A stretch of DNA of 64,000 bases, from NCBI GenBank assembly GCA_038230295.1, contig JBBRNM010000002.1, positions 5,725 to 69,724 on the forward strand. The letters are read 5' to 3'. A model generated the notes under the pieces. It was not told the origin of the DNA. It was given only the letters and a program-made list of their open reading frames with translations, and searched no databases. How positions within the stretch are numbered: the first letter of the stretch is position 1; every line of letters begins with the position of its first letter. This DNA is from Candidatus Limnocylindrales bacterium. Lineage in GTDB: Bacteria; Chloroflexota; Limnocylindria; Limnocylindrales; CSP1-4. Shown piece by piece: positions 1-9,166 of the stretch. The position numbers and the translations under genes were made by a program.

Positions 1-1041
1 GTCTGCTCCGATCTCGCCGGCGATCCCGGCGGCGAGGAAGCTCGTCTCGATCGAGTGCAGCAGCACGTTCTGGCCGTAGCTCGTCCGGAACTTCAGCCGG
101 CCGAGGAGCTTGATGACGTCGGGCGGCAGGCCCGGCACGCCCGCGTCATACGCGGCCTGCTCGCCGGCCTGGCGCATCGTCAGGTCGACTTCGGCGCGGG
201 CCTTCGCGACGACCTCCTCGATGCGGCCGGGGTGGATCCGGCCGTCGCCCATAAGCTTCGTGAGCGAGATTCGGGCGATCTCCCGACGGACCGGGTCGAA
301 GCCCGAGAGGACAACGGTCTCGGGGGTGTCATCGATGATCAGGTCCACGCCAGTCGCCTGCTCGAGGGCCCGGATGTTACGGCCCTCCCGGCCGATGATC
401 CGGCCCTTCATCTCGTCGTTCGGAAGGTGGACCACCGTCACCGTGTGCTCGGCGGTGTGGTCGGCGGCCACTCGCTGCATGGCCGTGAGGATGATGTCGC
501 GGGCCTTCTCGGTGGCCTCGTCACGAGCCCGCCGCTCGATCGATCGAGCCAGCTTCACCGCGTCGTGCTCGGCTTCCTCGCGGATGGCCTCGAGGAGGAC
601 GCTCTTGGCGTCGTCGGCGGACATGCCGCTGACCTTTTCGAGGGCGAGCACGCGCTCGGTGTTCAGCTTGCCGAGGTCCTCGCGCTGGCGGTCGAGCTCG
701 ATCTCGCGCTCGAGGAGCTTCCGATCGCGCTGCTCGAGCATGTCCGAGCGCTGATCGAGCTGTTCGTCCCGGGCGACGAGCCGGCGCTCCTGGCTGGCGA
801 GCTCGTTGCGGCGCGAGCGGGCTTCGTCCTCGGCCTCTCGCACGAGGCGGATCTTCTCTTCCTTGGCCTCGAGGATCAGGTCCTTCTGCTGGGTCCGGGC
901 ATCGGCGACGATGCGGGCTGCCTTTTCCTGGGCGACCTTGACCGACTGGTTCGCCCATCGGCTGCGTGCCAGGAATCCCAGCGCGGCGCCAACGGCGATA
1001 CCGCCGGCCAGCGCCACGATGGCGACGGCGACGTTATCCAT
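1..1041 (-). CDS. rny: Ribonuclease Y, N-terminal ~347 codons (C-terminus lies beyond the left window edge)
   Basis: The minus frame is open from the window edge to ATG at 1039-1041, with GGGAGGG just upstream. Translation starts MDNVAVAIVALAGGIAVGAALGF (TM helix). It continues through a long E/R/K coiled coil, the KH motif GRIIGREGRNIRALE, and the start of the HD domain (KFRTSYGQNVLLHSIE). It is absent from the ORF track because no stop falls in the window. The + ORF 55..1134 is its antisense shadow. Confidence 0.93.
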   Translation of the reverse strand, partial: MDNVAVAIVALAGGIAVGAALGFLARSRWANQSVKVAQEKAARIVADARTQQKDLILEAKEEKIRLVREAEDEARSRRNELASQERRLVARDEQLDQRSDMLEQRDRKLLEREIELDRQREDLGKLNTERVLALEKVSGMSADDAKSVLLEAIREEAEHDAVKLARSIERRARDEATEKARDIILTAMQRVAADHTAEHTVTVVHLPNDEMKGRIIGREGRNIRALEQATGVDLIIDDTPETVVLSGFDPVRREIARISLTKLMGDGRIHPGRIEEVVAKARAEVDLTMRQAGEQAAYDAGVPGLPPDVIKLLGRLKFRTSYGQNVLLHSIETSFLAAGIAGEIGAD

Positions 1042-1231
1042 CTTTCCCTCCCATCCGACCAGGGCAGGTCGGACGCGTCATGTGCACTCGGGTCGGGAGG
1101 CCCAATCGAGGGCGTCTCCGGACTCACCGCGTAGCCTACTACCGGCGCGAGACGGAGGACATCACGCGGCTCACTGCCGTTTGACCGTGGCCGGTTTGAA
1201 ATCGTCCGCAACCCCTCGTACCGTGCGTGCC

Positions 1232-1958
1232 ATGCGCGAGAATGCCGTGGCTCGCTCGGTCGAGACCGTTGTCGTCGGTGCCGGCCAGGCAGGGTTGATC
1301 GTCAGCACGCTGCGCCGTCAGGTCGGGCGGGAGCACGTGGTCCTCGATCGACGGTCGAGCCTCAGGCGGGGGCTGGCAGGATCGATGGGACGAGTTTCGG
1401 CTCCTGTCGCCGAACTGGACGACCTCCGTACCCGGGTTCTCGTACCGCGGTGACGATCCGCACGGCAAGCCGCACGACACGAACCTGCGGCGGATGGCCG
1501 CCGAGGGGCTCCGGGTCGTGGGCCGATTCGATTCCGCCGAGGGCACGCAGGTGCAATTCCTCCCGACCTTGGCCGAGACACTGCGGTTCGCCGACGCGTG
1601 GTTCCCGGAACGCCTGCAGCCACTGTTCGACGCCTTCGCCGAGCGGATCGGACTGTCGCTGCCTGCCGGCGAATTCGAGCAGTATCCGTTCGAGCCGCCG
1701 CAGGTGACGAGGATCGACCTGGCCGCTGAAGACATTTCGACGGTCCTGTGGACGAGCGGCTACCGGCCCGCGTTCGGCTGGATCGAGCCTCCCGTGCTCG
1801 ACGACCTCGGCCTGCCCCGCACGGATCACGGAATCACGGACGTCCCCGGCCTGGCGTTCATCGGGACACCGTGGCTCGTCGACATGGGCTCTGCGAACCT
1901 CGTGGGCGTCGCCCGCGACGCCGAGTCCCTGGTCAGCCGCCTGGAACATTCCCGCTAA
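1232..1958 (+). pseudogene. Decayed FAD-dependent (CzcO/flavin-monooxygenase-like) oxidoreductase: frameshift plus internal deletion
   Basis: Frame 2 reads MRENAVARSVETVVVGAGQAGL..VVLDRRSSL. The family-typical continuation GGGWQDRWDEFRLLSPNWTTSVPGFSYRGDDPHG appears only in frame 0 from ~1365. The C-terminal block WTSGYRPAFGWIE..VPGLAFIGTPW is present, but no second GxGxxG (NADPH) Rossmann segment lies between them. Confidence 0.6.
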
Positions 1959-2010
1959 CCAAGCGAGCCCGTTCCGTTGCGCTCGTCACCGTCGGCAGCA
2001 TTTTGCGGCG

Positions 2011-2562
2011 TCATTCCGATGTGAGCGCGGCGGAAAGACGGGCGGCGATCTCGCTATCAAATCCGTTCCGGGCGAGCAGCGCGTAGGCCCGCTGGCGTCG
2101 AGCGCGAGGGTCGGCGACCCGGCCGAGCGCACGGGCGTGACGTCCCAGCAGTCGCTCGGCCGCGGCAACGTCGGGATCCGCCTCGCCGCCGGGATCCGGC
2201 CGCCGACGCTCCATCGCCGCGTCCACTACGCCGCGGTCGATGCCCTTTACCTGCAACTCGCGTCGGAGCGCCCGCTCGCCGCGAGGCTGAGCGCGATCCC
2301 GGGACTCGACCCACGTTTTCACGAACGCGGCATCGTCGATGACCTCGAGCGAGAGCAGCTTCTCGATCGTGGCCTCGATCAGCTCCGCCCGGTAACCCGC
2401 GGTCCCGAGCCGCCGACGCACCTCGGCGACCGACCGCTGGCGCGTTTCGAGGAACCGAAGCGCCGCCTCCAGGACCACCGCTTGATCCTCGATCGCGCCC
2501 CGACGCTCGCGCCGCTCGGCAAATGACTCCTTCGGGGAGTCGCCGCCGGCACGTCGCCTCAT
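2011..2562 (-). CDS. recX: RecA regulator RecX
   Basis: 183 aa lying downstream of recA on the same strand. Three-helix repeats typical of RecX are present (LRFLETRQRSVAEVRRRL, AAFVKTWVESR, ERALRREL..KGI, RAYALLARNGF). Confidence 0.85.
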   Translation of the reverse strand: MRRRAGGDSPKESFAERRERRGAIEDQAVVLEAALRFLETRQRSVAEVRRRLGTAGYRAELIEATIEKLLSLEVIDDAAFVKTWVESRDRAQPRGERALRRELQVKGIDRGVVDAAMERRRPDPGGEADPDVAAAERLLGRHARALGRVADPRARRQRAYALLARNGFDSEIAARLSAALTSE

Positions 2563-2732
2563 CTCGCCTCAACGCCTTTCAGATAGCACCCGGGCGAGTC
2601 TTCGAGACGCATCTCATGCTCCGGAGGGCCGGATTTGTGCCGCCACGAACGTGGCGCGGCATGATTTTGGGCGCCAGTGGTACCGATTCGGGGACGTGGG
2701 CGCTCGAACACTCCCCGCAGTGGTAGATGAGA

Positions 2733-2762
2733 GGCGCCTCGCTCATCAACCGCAGAGGCGCC
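2733..2762 (-). terminator. Hairpin between recA and recX (possible attenuator or terminator)
   Basis: GGCGCCTC (2733-2740) and GAGGCGCC (2755-2762) form an 8-bp GC stem that begins 14 nt after the recA stop. There is no clear U tract. Confidence 0.3.
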
Positions 2763-2775
2763 GCGCGACCGCGAT

Positions 2776-3831
2776 CTATTCCGCCTCGGCGATGCCTTCG
2801 ACGGGCACGACGACTTCGGTCACCTTCGTGCGGATCTTCGTCTCGATCTCTGCCGCGATCGCCGGGTTCTGGCGAAGGAAGTCCTTCGAGGCCTCCCGAC
2901 CCTGGCCGAGGCGCGTTTCCGCGTACGTGAACCAGGCACCGGTCTTGTCGACGACGTTCATCGCGACGCCGACGTCGAGCAGCCCGCCTTCTTTCGAGAT
3001 GCCTTCGCCGTACATCACATCGAACTCGGCGACCCGGAATGGCGGCGCGACCTTGTTCTTCACGACCTTGACACGGACGCGATTGCCGATCGACTCCGTG
3101 CCGCTCTTGATCGTCTCGATCCGGCGGATGTCGAGCCGGACGCTCGCGTAGAACTTCAGGGCGCGGCCGCCCGGGGTCGTCTCGGGATTGCCGAACATGA
3201 CCCCGATCTTCTCGCGGAGCTGGTTGGTGAAGACGAGGGACGTGTTGGAGCGGCTCACGGCACCCGTGAGCTTGCGCAATGCCTGGCTCATGAGACGGGC
3301 CTGGACGCCCATGAACGAATCGCCCATCTCGCCCTCGATCTCGGCTCGCGGCACGAGTGCCGCCACCGAGTCGACGACGACGACGTCGATCCCGCCAGAG
3401 CGGATCAGCGTCTCGGTGATCTCGAGCGCCTGCTCGCCGGTGTCGGGCTGGCTCACGAGGAGCTCGTCGACGTTCACGCCGCAGGCCCGGGCGTACCCCG
3501 GATCGAGCGCGTGCTCGACGTCGATGAACGCCGCCACGCCGCCCTTGCGCTGGGCCTCCGCGATGACGTGCTGGCAGACCGTCGTCTTGCCCGACGACTC
3601 CGGCCCGAAGATCTCCGTGACGCGTCCGCGCGGGATGCCACCGACCCCGAGGGCGAGGTCCAGGGCAATCGAGCCCGTGGGAATGAAGTCGACCTGCTGC
3701 CGCTGGGCCGAGCCCAGCTTCATGATCGAACCCGTGCCGAACTGCTTCTCGATCGAGAGGATCGCGGCGTCGACCGCCTTTCCCCGTTCCGCGAGAGCCC
3801 GTTCCCCGTTGCGCTGGTCGACTACCGCCAT
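2776..3831 (-). CDS. recA: Recombinase RecA
   Basis: Starts [40 protein letters not shown]. Walker A is GPESSGKTT. Other motifs are [19 protein letters not shown] and [26 protein letters not shown]. The start is taken at the internal ATG 3831; the 20 upstream codons of ORF 2776..3891 are not RecA-like. Confidence 0.97.
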   Translation of the reverse strand: MAVVDQRNGERALAERGKAVDAAILSIEKQFGTGSIMKLGSAQRQQVDFIPTGSIALDLALGVGGIPRGRVTEIFGPESSGKTTVCQHVIAEAQRKGGVAAFIDVEHALDPGYARACGVNVDELLVSQPDTGEQALEITETLIRSGGIDVVVVDSVAALVPRAEIEGEMGDSFMGVQARLMSQALRKLTGAVSRSNTSLVFTNQLREKIGVMFGNPETTPGGRALKFYASVRLDIRRIETIKSGTESIGNRVRVKVVKNKVAPPFRVAEFDVMYGEGISKEGGLLDVGVAMNVVDKTGAWFTYAETRLGQGREASKDFLRQNPAIAAEIETKIRTKVTEVVVPVEGIAEAE

Positions 3832-3897
3832 CGTTGCGTCACGCTCCTGTCCATGTCCGGCTGACCGACAGAGCGGACGCGCTGTCCGCACGAGCGA

Positions 3898-4059
3898 TCA
3901 GGCCTCGTCCCGGTCCTCGTCCTCGTGGCGCGGCTTGCGGGGCTTCCGGATGAGCTCGACGTTCATCGGCGGCTCCGAGAGCGGCTGCACCTTGGGGAGC
4001 GCTGAGCGGTCCTTCGGCTTCTTCTTGGATTCGCGGCTGGGTCGATCTCGAGAGCCCAT
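3898..4059 (-). CDS. Small basic hypothetical protein (53 aa), below the ORF-track length cutoff
   Basis: GGAGGA lies 7 nt upstream of ATG (4057-4059). Translation is MGSRDRPSRESKKKPKDRSALPKVQPLSEPPMNVELIRKPRKPRHEDEDRDEA, with stop at 3898-3900. Third codon positions are mostly G/C, as in neighbouring genes. I do not recognise a family. Confidence 0.45.
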   Translation of the reverse strand: MGSRDRPSRESKKKPKDRSALPKVQPLSEPPMNVELIRKPRKPRHEDEDRDEA

Positions 4060-4101
4060 CGACGGTTCCTCCGCGCTTGCTGAACGATATCGGCGGACGC
4101 T

Positions 4102-5280
4102 TCACGCCGGCTCATCCGCCGCTAATGCGGCAGTGCTCCGGCCCGCGCGCACCCGGAGCTCGGCGAGCGATTCGGGGAAGTTTCCGGCCCGGATTGCGGC
4201 CCGGATCCTGCTCATGAAGTCTAGGGTGAAGGTCAGGTTGTGACAAGTCGCGAGACGGTATGCGAGGAGCTCGCGAGCCCGGAAGAGATGGGCGATGTAG
4301 GCCCTCGAGAACTGCCGGCAGGCTCGACACGGGCAGTCCTCCTGGATCGGCGCCCCATCGTCCAGGAACGCCGCGTTCCGGAGGTTGAGTCGGTCTCCGG
4401 GAATCCAGACCTGGCCCGATCGGGCGACCCGCGCGGGCAGCACGGAATCGAAGAGATCGACGCCATGATCGACGGCGTCGAGGAGGTCCACCGGCGACCC
4501 GAGACCCATGAGGTAGCGCGGCCGAGGGTCGTGCTCGAGGACCGGGATGACGACGTCGAGGGCTCGACCGCGCTCGACCGGCGTCTCGTCCCCGGCAAGT
4601 CCGCCGATGCAGATCCCGTCGAACGGCAGGCCGGCGATGAAACGAGCGGACGCCTCGCGCAGGTCCGGCTCGACGCCGCCCTGGATGATCCCGAACATCG
4701 CCTGGTCCGGCCGTCGGTGGGCATTGAGCGAGCGCTCGGCCCAGCGATGGGTTCGCTCCATTGCGTCGACCACCTCGGCACGCGGCGAGGAGGGATAGAC
4801 GGGATGGTCGAACGCGACCGCGATATCCGCGCCGAGCGCCTCCTGGATCGCGGTCGCCCGCTCGGGCGTGAGCCGCTGCGGCGAGCCGTCGAGGTGGCTC
4901 CGGAACGTGACGCCGTCCTCGTCGACCACGCGGGCGTTCGCCAGCGAGACCACCTGGAAGCCGCCGGAATCGGTGAGGATCGGCCGGTCCCAGTTCATGA
5001 ACCGATGCAGCCCGCCGAGCCGCTCGATGCGCTCGTGGCCGGGCCGCAGGAACAGGTGGTAGGTGTTCCCGAGGATGATCGTCGCGCCGACCTCGTCGAG
5101 GTCGTCGGGATCGAGCGCCTTGACCGTCGCGTTCGTCCCGACCGGCATGAATTGGGGCGTCTCGACGACGCCATGGGCGACCTCGAGGCGACCGAGGCGC
5201 GCCCGGGTCCCTCCGTTGGCCGGCGGCGGGACGAGGACCTCGAACGCGGCCGGCGACGCCCGAAGCTCGGTCGTCACCAC
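4102..5280 (-). CDS. tgt: Queuine tRNA-ribosyltransferase
   Basis: Motifs are TPQFMPVGTNATVKAL, ILGNTYHL, LTDSGGFQV, GIIQGG and the zinc site CPCRAC..AYIAHL. I chose GTG at 5280 as the start. The upstream 134 codons of ORF 4102..5682 overlap ruvB and are Arg/Ser-rich junk. Confidence 0.93.
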   Translation of the reverse strand: MVTTELRASPAAFEVLVPPPANGGTRARLGRLEVAHGVVETPQFMPVGTNATVKALDPDDLDEVGATIILGNTYHLFLRPGHERIERLGGLHRFMNWDRPILTDSGGFQVVSLANARVVDEDGVTFRSHLDGSPQRLTPERATAIQEALGADIAVAFDHPVYPSSPRAEVVDAMERTHRWAERSLNAHRRPDQAMFGIIQGGVEPDLREASARFIAGLPFDGICIGGLAGDETPVERGRALDVVIPVLEHDPRPRYLMGLGSPVDLLDAVDHGVDLFDSVLPARVARSGQVWIPGDRLNLRNAAFLDDGAPIQEDCPCRACRQFSRAYIAHLFRARELLAYRLATCHNLTFTLDFMSRIRAAIRAGNFPESLAELRVRAGRSTAALAADEPA

Positions 5281-5305
5281 CGTGGGTTGTCGGCCGGCCG
5301 GCTGA

Positions 5306-6403
5306 TCACGTCGCGTCCGCGGGTGGCGTCGAGGCGCCGGGATCCCAGAGCGGCAGGATCTCCGGCTCGGCCCGTCGCGGCGGCGGGATCTCGTAGCCCA
5401 GGGCGGCAAGGTGATTCCGAGCCGCCTCGGTGGCGATCCGGCCCTGCGGGGTCCGATCGAGGAACCCGAGCCGCAGGAGGAACGGCTCGTAGACGTCCTC
5501 GATCGTCTCGATCTCCTCGGACAGGACGGCGGCGAGCGCCGCCACCCCGACGGGGCCCGACGCGAACTTCTGGATGATCGCCGCCAGGAGCTTCCGATCG
5601 GTCGAATCGAGCCCCGCGTCGTCGATCTCGAGGAGCCGCATGGCCTCGATGGCCGCGCGCTCGTCGACTCGGCCGTCGCCATGCACCTCGGCGTGATCGC
5701 GAACGCGCTTCAGGAGCCGGTTCACGATTCGGGGCGTCCCCCGCCCCCGGCGAGCGATCGCCCAGGCGGCCGCGTCGTCGATCACAACGTTCAGGATCCG
5801 CGCCGACCGGAGGACGATCTCGGTGAGCTCCGCATCCTCGTAGAAGTCGAGCCGGTACGTGGCCCCGAAGCGATCGCGCAGCGGTGACGAGATCCGCCCC
5901 GCGCGCGTCGTCGCGCCGACGACGGTGAAGGGCTTGAGGCTCAGCCGGAGGGAGCGCGCCGAGGGCCCCTTGCCGATCATCACGTCGAGGGCGTAGTCCT
6001 CCATCGCCGGATAGAGGATCTCCTCGACCGCCCGGTTCAGCCGATGGATCTCGTCGATGAAGAGGACGTCGCGCTCCTCGAGGCTGGTCAGGACCGCGGC
6101 AAGGTCGCCGGGTCGTTCGACTGCCGGCCCGGAGGTGTACCGCACGTTCACGTCGAGCTCGCGGGCGATGATCGTCGCGAGGGTCGTCTTGCCGAGGCCG
6201 GGCGGGCCATAGAGGAGAACATGGTCGGCTGCCTCTCCCCTCGCCTTCGCGGCGGTCAGGAGGATGCCGAGGTTGGCTTTGACCTCGGCCTGGCCGATGT
6301 ACTCGTCCAGCGAGCGTGGCCGAAGCGAGCTCTCGACGACGACATCCGCGTCGTGCAGGTCCGCCGCGAGGATCCGCGAGGCGTCGTCCATATCGGTCGT
6401 CAC
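5306..6403 (-). CDS. ruvB: Holliday junction helicase RuvB
   Basis: Motifs are [12 protein letters not shown], Walker [10 protein letters not shown], Walker [10 protein letters not shown], and [19 protein letters not shown] winged-helix C-terminus is present. Confidence 0.96.
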   Translation of the reverse strand: MTTDMDDASRILAADLHDADVVVESSLRPRSLDEYIGQAEVKANLGILLTAAKARGEAADHVLLYGPPGLGKTTLATIIARELDVNVRYTSGPAVERPGDLAAVLTSLEERDVLFIDEIHRLNRAVEEILYPAMEDYALDVMIGKGPSARSLRLSLKPFTVVGATTRAGRISSPLRDRFGATYRLDFYEDAELTEIVLRSARILNVVIDDAAAWAIARRGRGTPRIVNRLLKRVRDHAEVHGDGRVDERAAIEAMRLLEIDDAGLDSTDRKLLAAIIQKFASGPVGVAALAAVLSEEIETIEDVYEPFLLRLGFLDRTPQGRIATEAARNHLAALGYEIPPPRRAEPEILPLWDPGASTPPADAT

Positions 6404-6526
6404 GTTATCACGCCGGCGCCCAATTCGTACAGATGTTCACATTGCGTTTCGCGGCGGTCCCCCGGCCGCTCGGCGCACACTGCTCACCCGGTCTTCGACC
6501 GAAATCCGCACGATGGAGGTTGGCCG

Positions 6527-7024
6527 ATGTCCATCGCAGACGCCGTCTCACGCGCGACCGCCTATCTCACCGAGCATCCGGACGAGGCGCGCTACCGCGA
6601 CTCCGTCGCCCGGGCGCGCCTGACGTCCGGGCTCGTCGTGGACGTCACGGGGCCGGCCGGCGAATCGCTCCAGACGGACATGCCGACGGGGATCGGCGGA
6701 ACGGCGACGGCGCCCTCTCCGGGCTGGTTCCTCCGCGCCGCGGCCGCCTCCTGTGTCGCTTCGCTGGTGGCGATCCGCGCCGCCGCCACCGACGTCACGC
6801 TTCGAAGCGTCGAGGTCGAGGTCGACAGCGAGTCCGACGACCGCGGCATCCTCGGCCTGGACCCGGCGATCCCGGCCGGCGCGCTTTCGGCGCGCGTCGT
6901 GGTCACGATTGATGCCGACGCCGACCCCGCGACGACCGAGGCGATCGCCCGCTGGGCAGTGGAGCGCTGCCCGGTCACCGAGAGCCTCGGGCGACCCATT
7001 CCACTCGAGATCGAGGTCCGCTGA
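6527..7024 (+). CDS. OsmC/Ohr family protein
   Basis: 165 aa, with GGAGGT 7 nt upstream of ATG 6527. It has the two conserved Cys contexts of the OsmC fold (AAAASCVASL and AVERCPVTESL). The upstream part of ORF 6044..7024 is antisense to ruvB. Confidence 0.8.
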   Translation: MSIADAVSRATAYLTEHPDEARYRDSVARARLTSGLVVDVTGPAGESLQTDMPTGIGGTATAPSPGWFLRAAAASCVASLVAIRAAATDVTLRSVEVEVDSESDDRGILGLDPAIPAGALSARVVVTIDADADPATTEAIARWAVERCPVTESLGRPIPLEIEVR

Positions 7025-7030
7025 GTCGCC

Positions 7031-7627
7031 TCAGTCCCGGGCGAGAAGCCGCAGCGCGCCCTTGACACGCTCCTCGAGCGAGCCGCCGGGACCGGAGCCG
7101 CGCATCGCCATCCGAGCGGCCTCGCGCGCCTCCGCGAGGGAGTAGCCGAGCGCCTGCAGCGCGCCGACGATCTCGCCCTCGCCGCCCGCCTCGCCCGCGA
7201 GCGCGACCCCCGCGGCCGCCACACCCGCGGCAGCGACCTTCTCCTTCAGCTCGAAGATCACCCGCTCGGCCAGCCGCTTGCCGATGCCCGGGATCGAGAC
7301 CAGGACGGCCTGGTCCTGTTGCATGATCGCCAGCTGGAGCTCGGCGGTCGGCCGGCTGCCGACGATCGCGAGCGCAACCTTCGGTCCGACGCCCGTCACG
7401 GTCAGGAGCAGGCCGAAGAATCCCAGCTCCTCGACGTTTCGGAAGCCGTAGAGCGCCTGCAGGTCCTCGCGGAAGACGTGATGGGTGAACAGTTTCAGTC
7501 GGCCGCCGGGCACCGCTGCGGCGAGCAGCGACGGCGACGCGTAGACCCGATACCCGATCCCGCCAACCTCGATCACGAGCGAATCCAGCGCCACGGCGCC
7601 GACGATGCCGTCGAGCGAGGCGATCAC
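7031..7627 (-). CDS. ruvA: Holliday junction DNA-binding protein RuvA
   Basis: Starts [20 protein letters not shown]. HhH motifs are [13 protein letters not shown] and [17 protein letters not shown], and the C-terminal domain III contains LQALGYS. The start overlaps the ruvC stop by 4 nt. Confidence 0.93.
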   Translation of the reverse strand: MIASLDGIVGAVALDSLVIEVGGIGYRVYASPSLLAAAVPGGRLKLFTHHVFREDLQALYGFRNVEELGFFGLLLTVTGVGPKVALAIVGSRPTAELQLAIMQQDQAVLVSIPGIGKRLAERVIFELKEKVAAAGVAAAGVALAGEAGGEGEIVGALQALGYSLAEAREAARMAMRGSGPGGSLEERVKGALRLLARD

Positions 7628-8244
7628 GTGGCGGCGCGCTCGCGAGCGATGGCTTCCCGGACGGCGCGCTCGTAGGCGTTCTCGCCGGTCTCCGCCGGAT
7701 TGACCGAGGATCGATCGAGGACGCCCGGCCGTCGAACGTCGCCATCCCGCTCACTGTTTGCCGCCCAGATGGCGACCGCGAGGGCATCGGCCGCGTCATC
7801 CGGCCGAGGCGCCGCATCGAGGCCCAGGACGACCGCGACCATTCGACCGACCTGCTCCTTATCGGCCGCGCCGTAGCCCGTGACGGCGACCTTGACCTCA
7901 TTCGGCGTCGCCTCGCGCACGGGCACCCCGGCCGCGGCGCCCGCGAGGAGGACCACGCCGCGGGCCTGTCCGACGGCGAACGCCGTCTGGGCGTTCTTCG
8001 AGAAGAAGAGCCGCTCGACGGCCAGGATGTCCGGCGCGTGGAGCTCGATCAGGTCGACGACGGTCCGATGGATCGCGAGCAGGCGCTCCGGCAGCGGCAG
8101 CTGGGCCGACGTCACGAGGCAGCCCACGTCGACCATCCGGAGGCGGCTCGCCCGCCGCTCCACGATCCCGTAGCCCAGCGCCGCGGTTCCCGGGTCGATC
8201 CCCAGGACGATCACGCGGCGCGGTCCGTCACGAAGCCGGCCCAC
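7624..8244 (-). CDS. ruvC: Crossover junction endodeoxyribonuclease RuvC
   Basis: Motifs are [33 protein letters not shown] and [12 protein letters not shown]. The start is either GTG 8244 or GTG 8214 (VIVLGIDPG); the latter matches the usual N-terminus better. Confidence 0.9.
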   Translation of the reverse strand: MGRLRDGPRRVIVLGIDPGTAALGYGIVERRASRLRMVDVGCLVTSAQLPLPERLLAIHRTVVDLIELHAPDILAVERLFFSKNAQTAFAVGQARGVVLLAGAAAGVPVREATPNEVKVAVTGYGAADKEQVGRMVAVVLGLDAAPRPDDAADALAVAIWAANSERDGDVRRPGVLDRSSVNPAETGENAYERAVREAIARERAAT

Positions 8245-8274
8245 CCGGCTCGGTCCGTCACGAAGCCGCCTCGG

Positions 8275-9027
8275 TCACCCGGCGACCTCGGCGAAGAGCT
8301 CCTCGGGGATCTCGAAGTTCGCCGTGACCCGCTGGACGTCGTCGAGCTCCTCGAGCAGCTCGATGAGCCGCAGGTTCTGGCGCGCCCGGTTCGGATCGAC
8401 CTCGACCTGCGACTTCGCGACCATCGCATTCTCGGCCGAATCGACGGCAATGCCGGCTGAATCGAGTGCCTTCCGGACCCGCTCGAGGTCGGCCGGCATC
8501 GTGTACACCTCGATGCGCTCGGCGTCCGACGTGTCCACGTCATCGGCACCCGCATCGATCGCGGCCAGGGCGACATCGTCCGGATCCCGGCCGTCGGAAG
8601 CGACGGCGATGAGCCCTCGCGGCTCGAACTGCCAGGCGACGGCGCCCGCACCCGCGAGGGAGCCGCCGGCCTTGGCGAAGATCGAGCGGACGTCGGCCGC
8701 GGTCCGGTTCTTGTTGTCGGTCGCCGCCTCGACCAGCACTGCCACGCCGCCCGGGCCGTAGCCCTCGTAGACGATCTCCTCGAACTGGACGTCCTCGCCG
8801 GCGCCCGTCGCCTTGTCGATCGCCCGCTTGATGTTGTCGGCCGGCATGTTCACGCTGCGGGCCTTGTCCATCGCGAGGCGGAGTCGGAAGTTCGCATCGG
8901 GGTCGCCGCCGCCGGCTCGGGCGGCCACCATGATCTCGCGCGCGACCTTCGTGAAGACCGCCCCGCGCTTCGCGTCCGTGACGCCCTTTTGACGCTTGAT
9001 CGTGGACCATTTGGAATGACCGGACAT
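8275..9027 (-). CDS. yebC: YebC/PmpR family transcriptional regulator
   Basis: Starts MSGHSKWSTIKRQKGVTDAKRGAVFTKVAREI, with YEGYGPGGVAVLVEAATDNKNRTAADVR further in. The start is at the internal ATG 9027 of ORF 8275..9174. Confidence 0.93.
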   Translation of the reverse strand: MSGHSKWSTIKRQKGVTDAKRGAVFTKVAREIMVAARAGGGDPDANFRLRLAMDKARSVNMPADNIKRAIDKATGAGEDVQFEEIVYEGYGPGGVAVLVEAATDNKNRTAADVRSIFAKAGGSLAGAGAVAWQFEPRGLIAVASDGRDPDDVALAAIDAGADDVDTSDAERIEVYTMPADLERVRKALDSAGIAVDSAENAMVAKSQVEVDPNRARQNLRLIELLEELDDVQRVTANFEIPEELFAEVAG

Positions 9028-9166
9028 CGTGCCGGAGTATACGGCGCCCGCCCCGCCGGGCCGGACTATCATGGCCGCCACGCCCCAGCAATCCGGGGTC
9101 CGGGGAGCTCCCAGGAAGCCACTCACCCACCGAATCGCGTCGCCAGAAACGAGGTTCGAGCGGTCC

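Noticed and set aside
55-1134. 359-aa + strand ORF (and nested ORFs 110..754 and 521..958)
   Set aside because: It is the antisense shadow of RNase Y. The translation is Leu/Arg/Asp/Gly-rich with no motifs, whereas the minus frame gives a textbook RNase Y.
3832-4101. SOS (LexA) box upstream of recA
   Set aside because: I looked for GAAC-N4-GTTC and TCGAAC-N4-GTTCGA type palindromes and found none. Only a GACAG..CTGTC inverted repeat of unknown meaning is present, so no LexA site is called.
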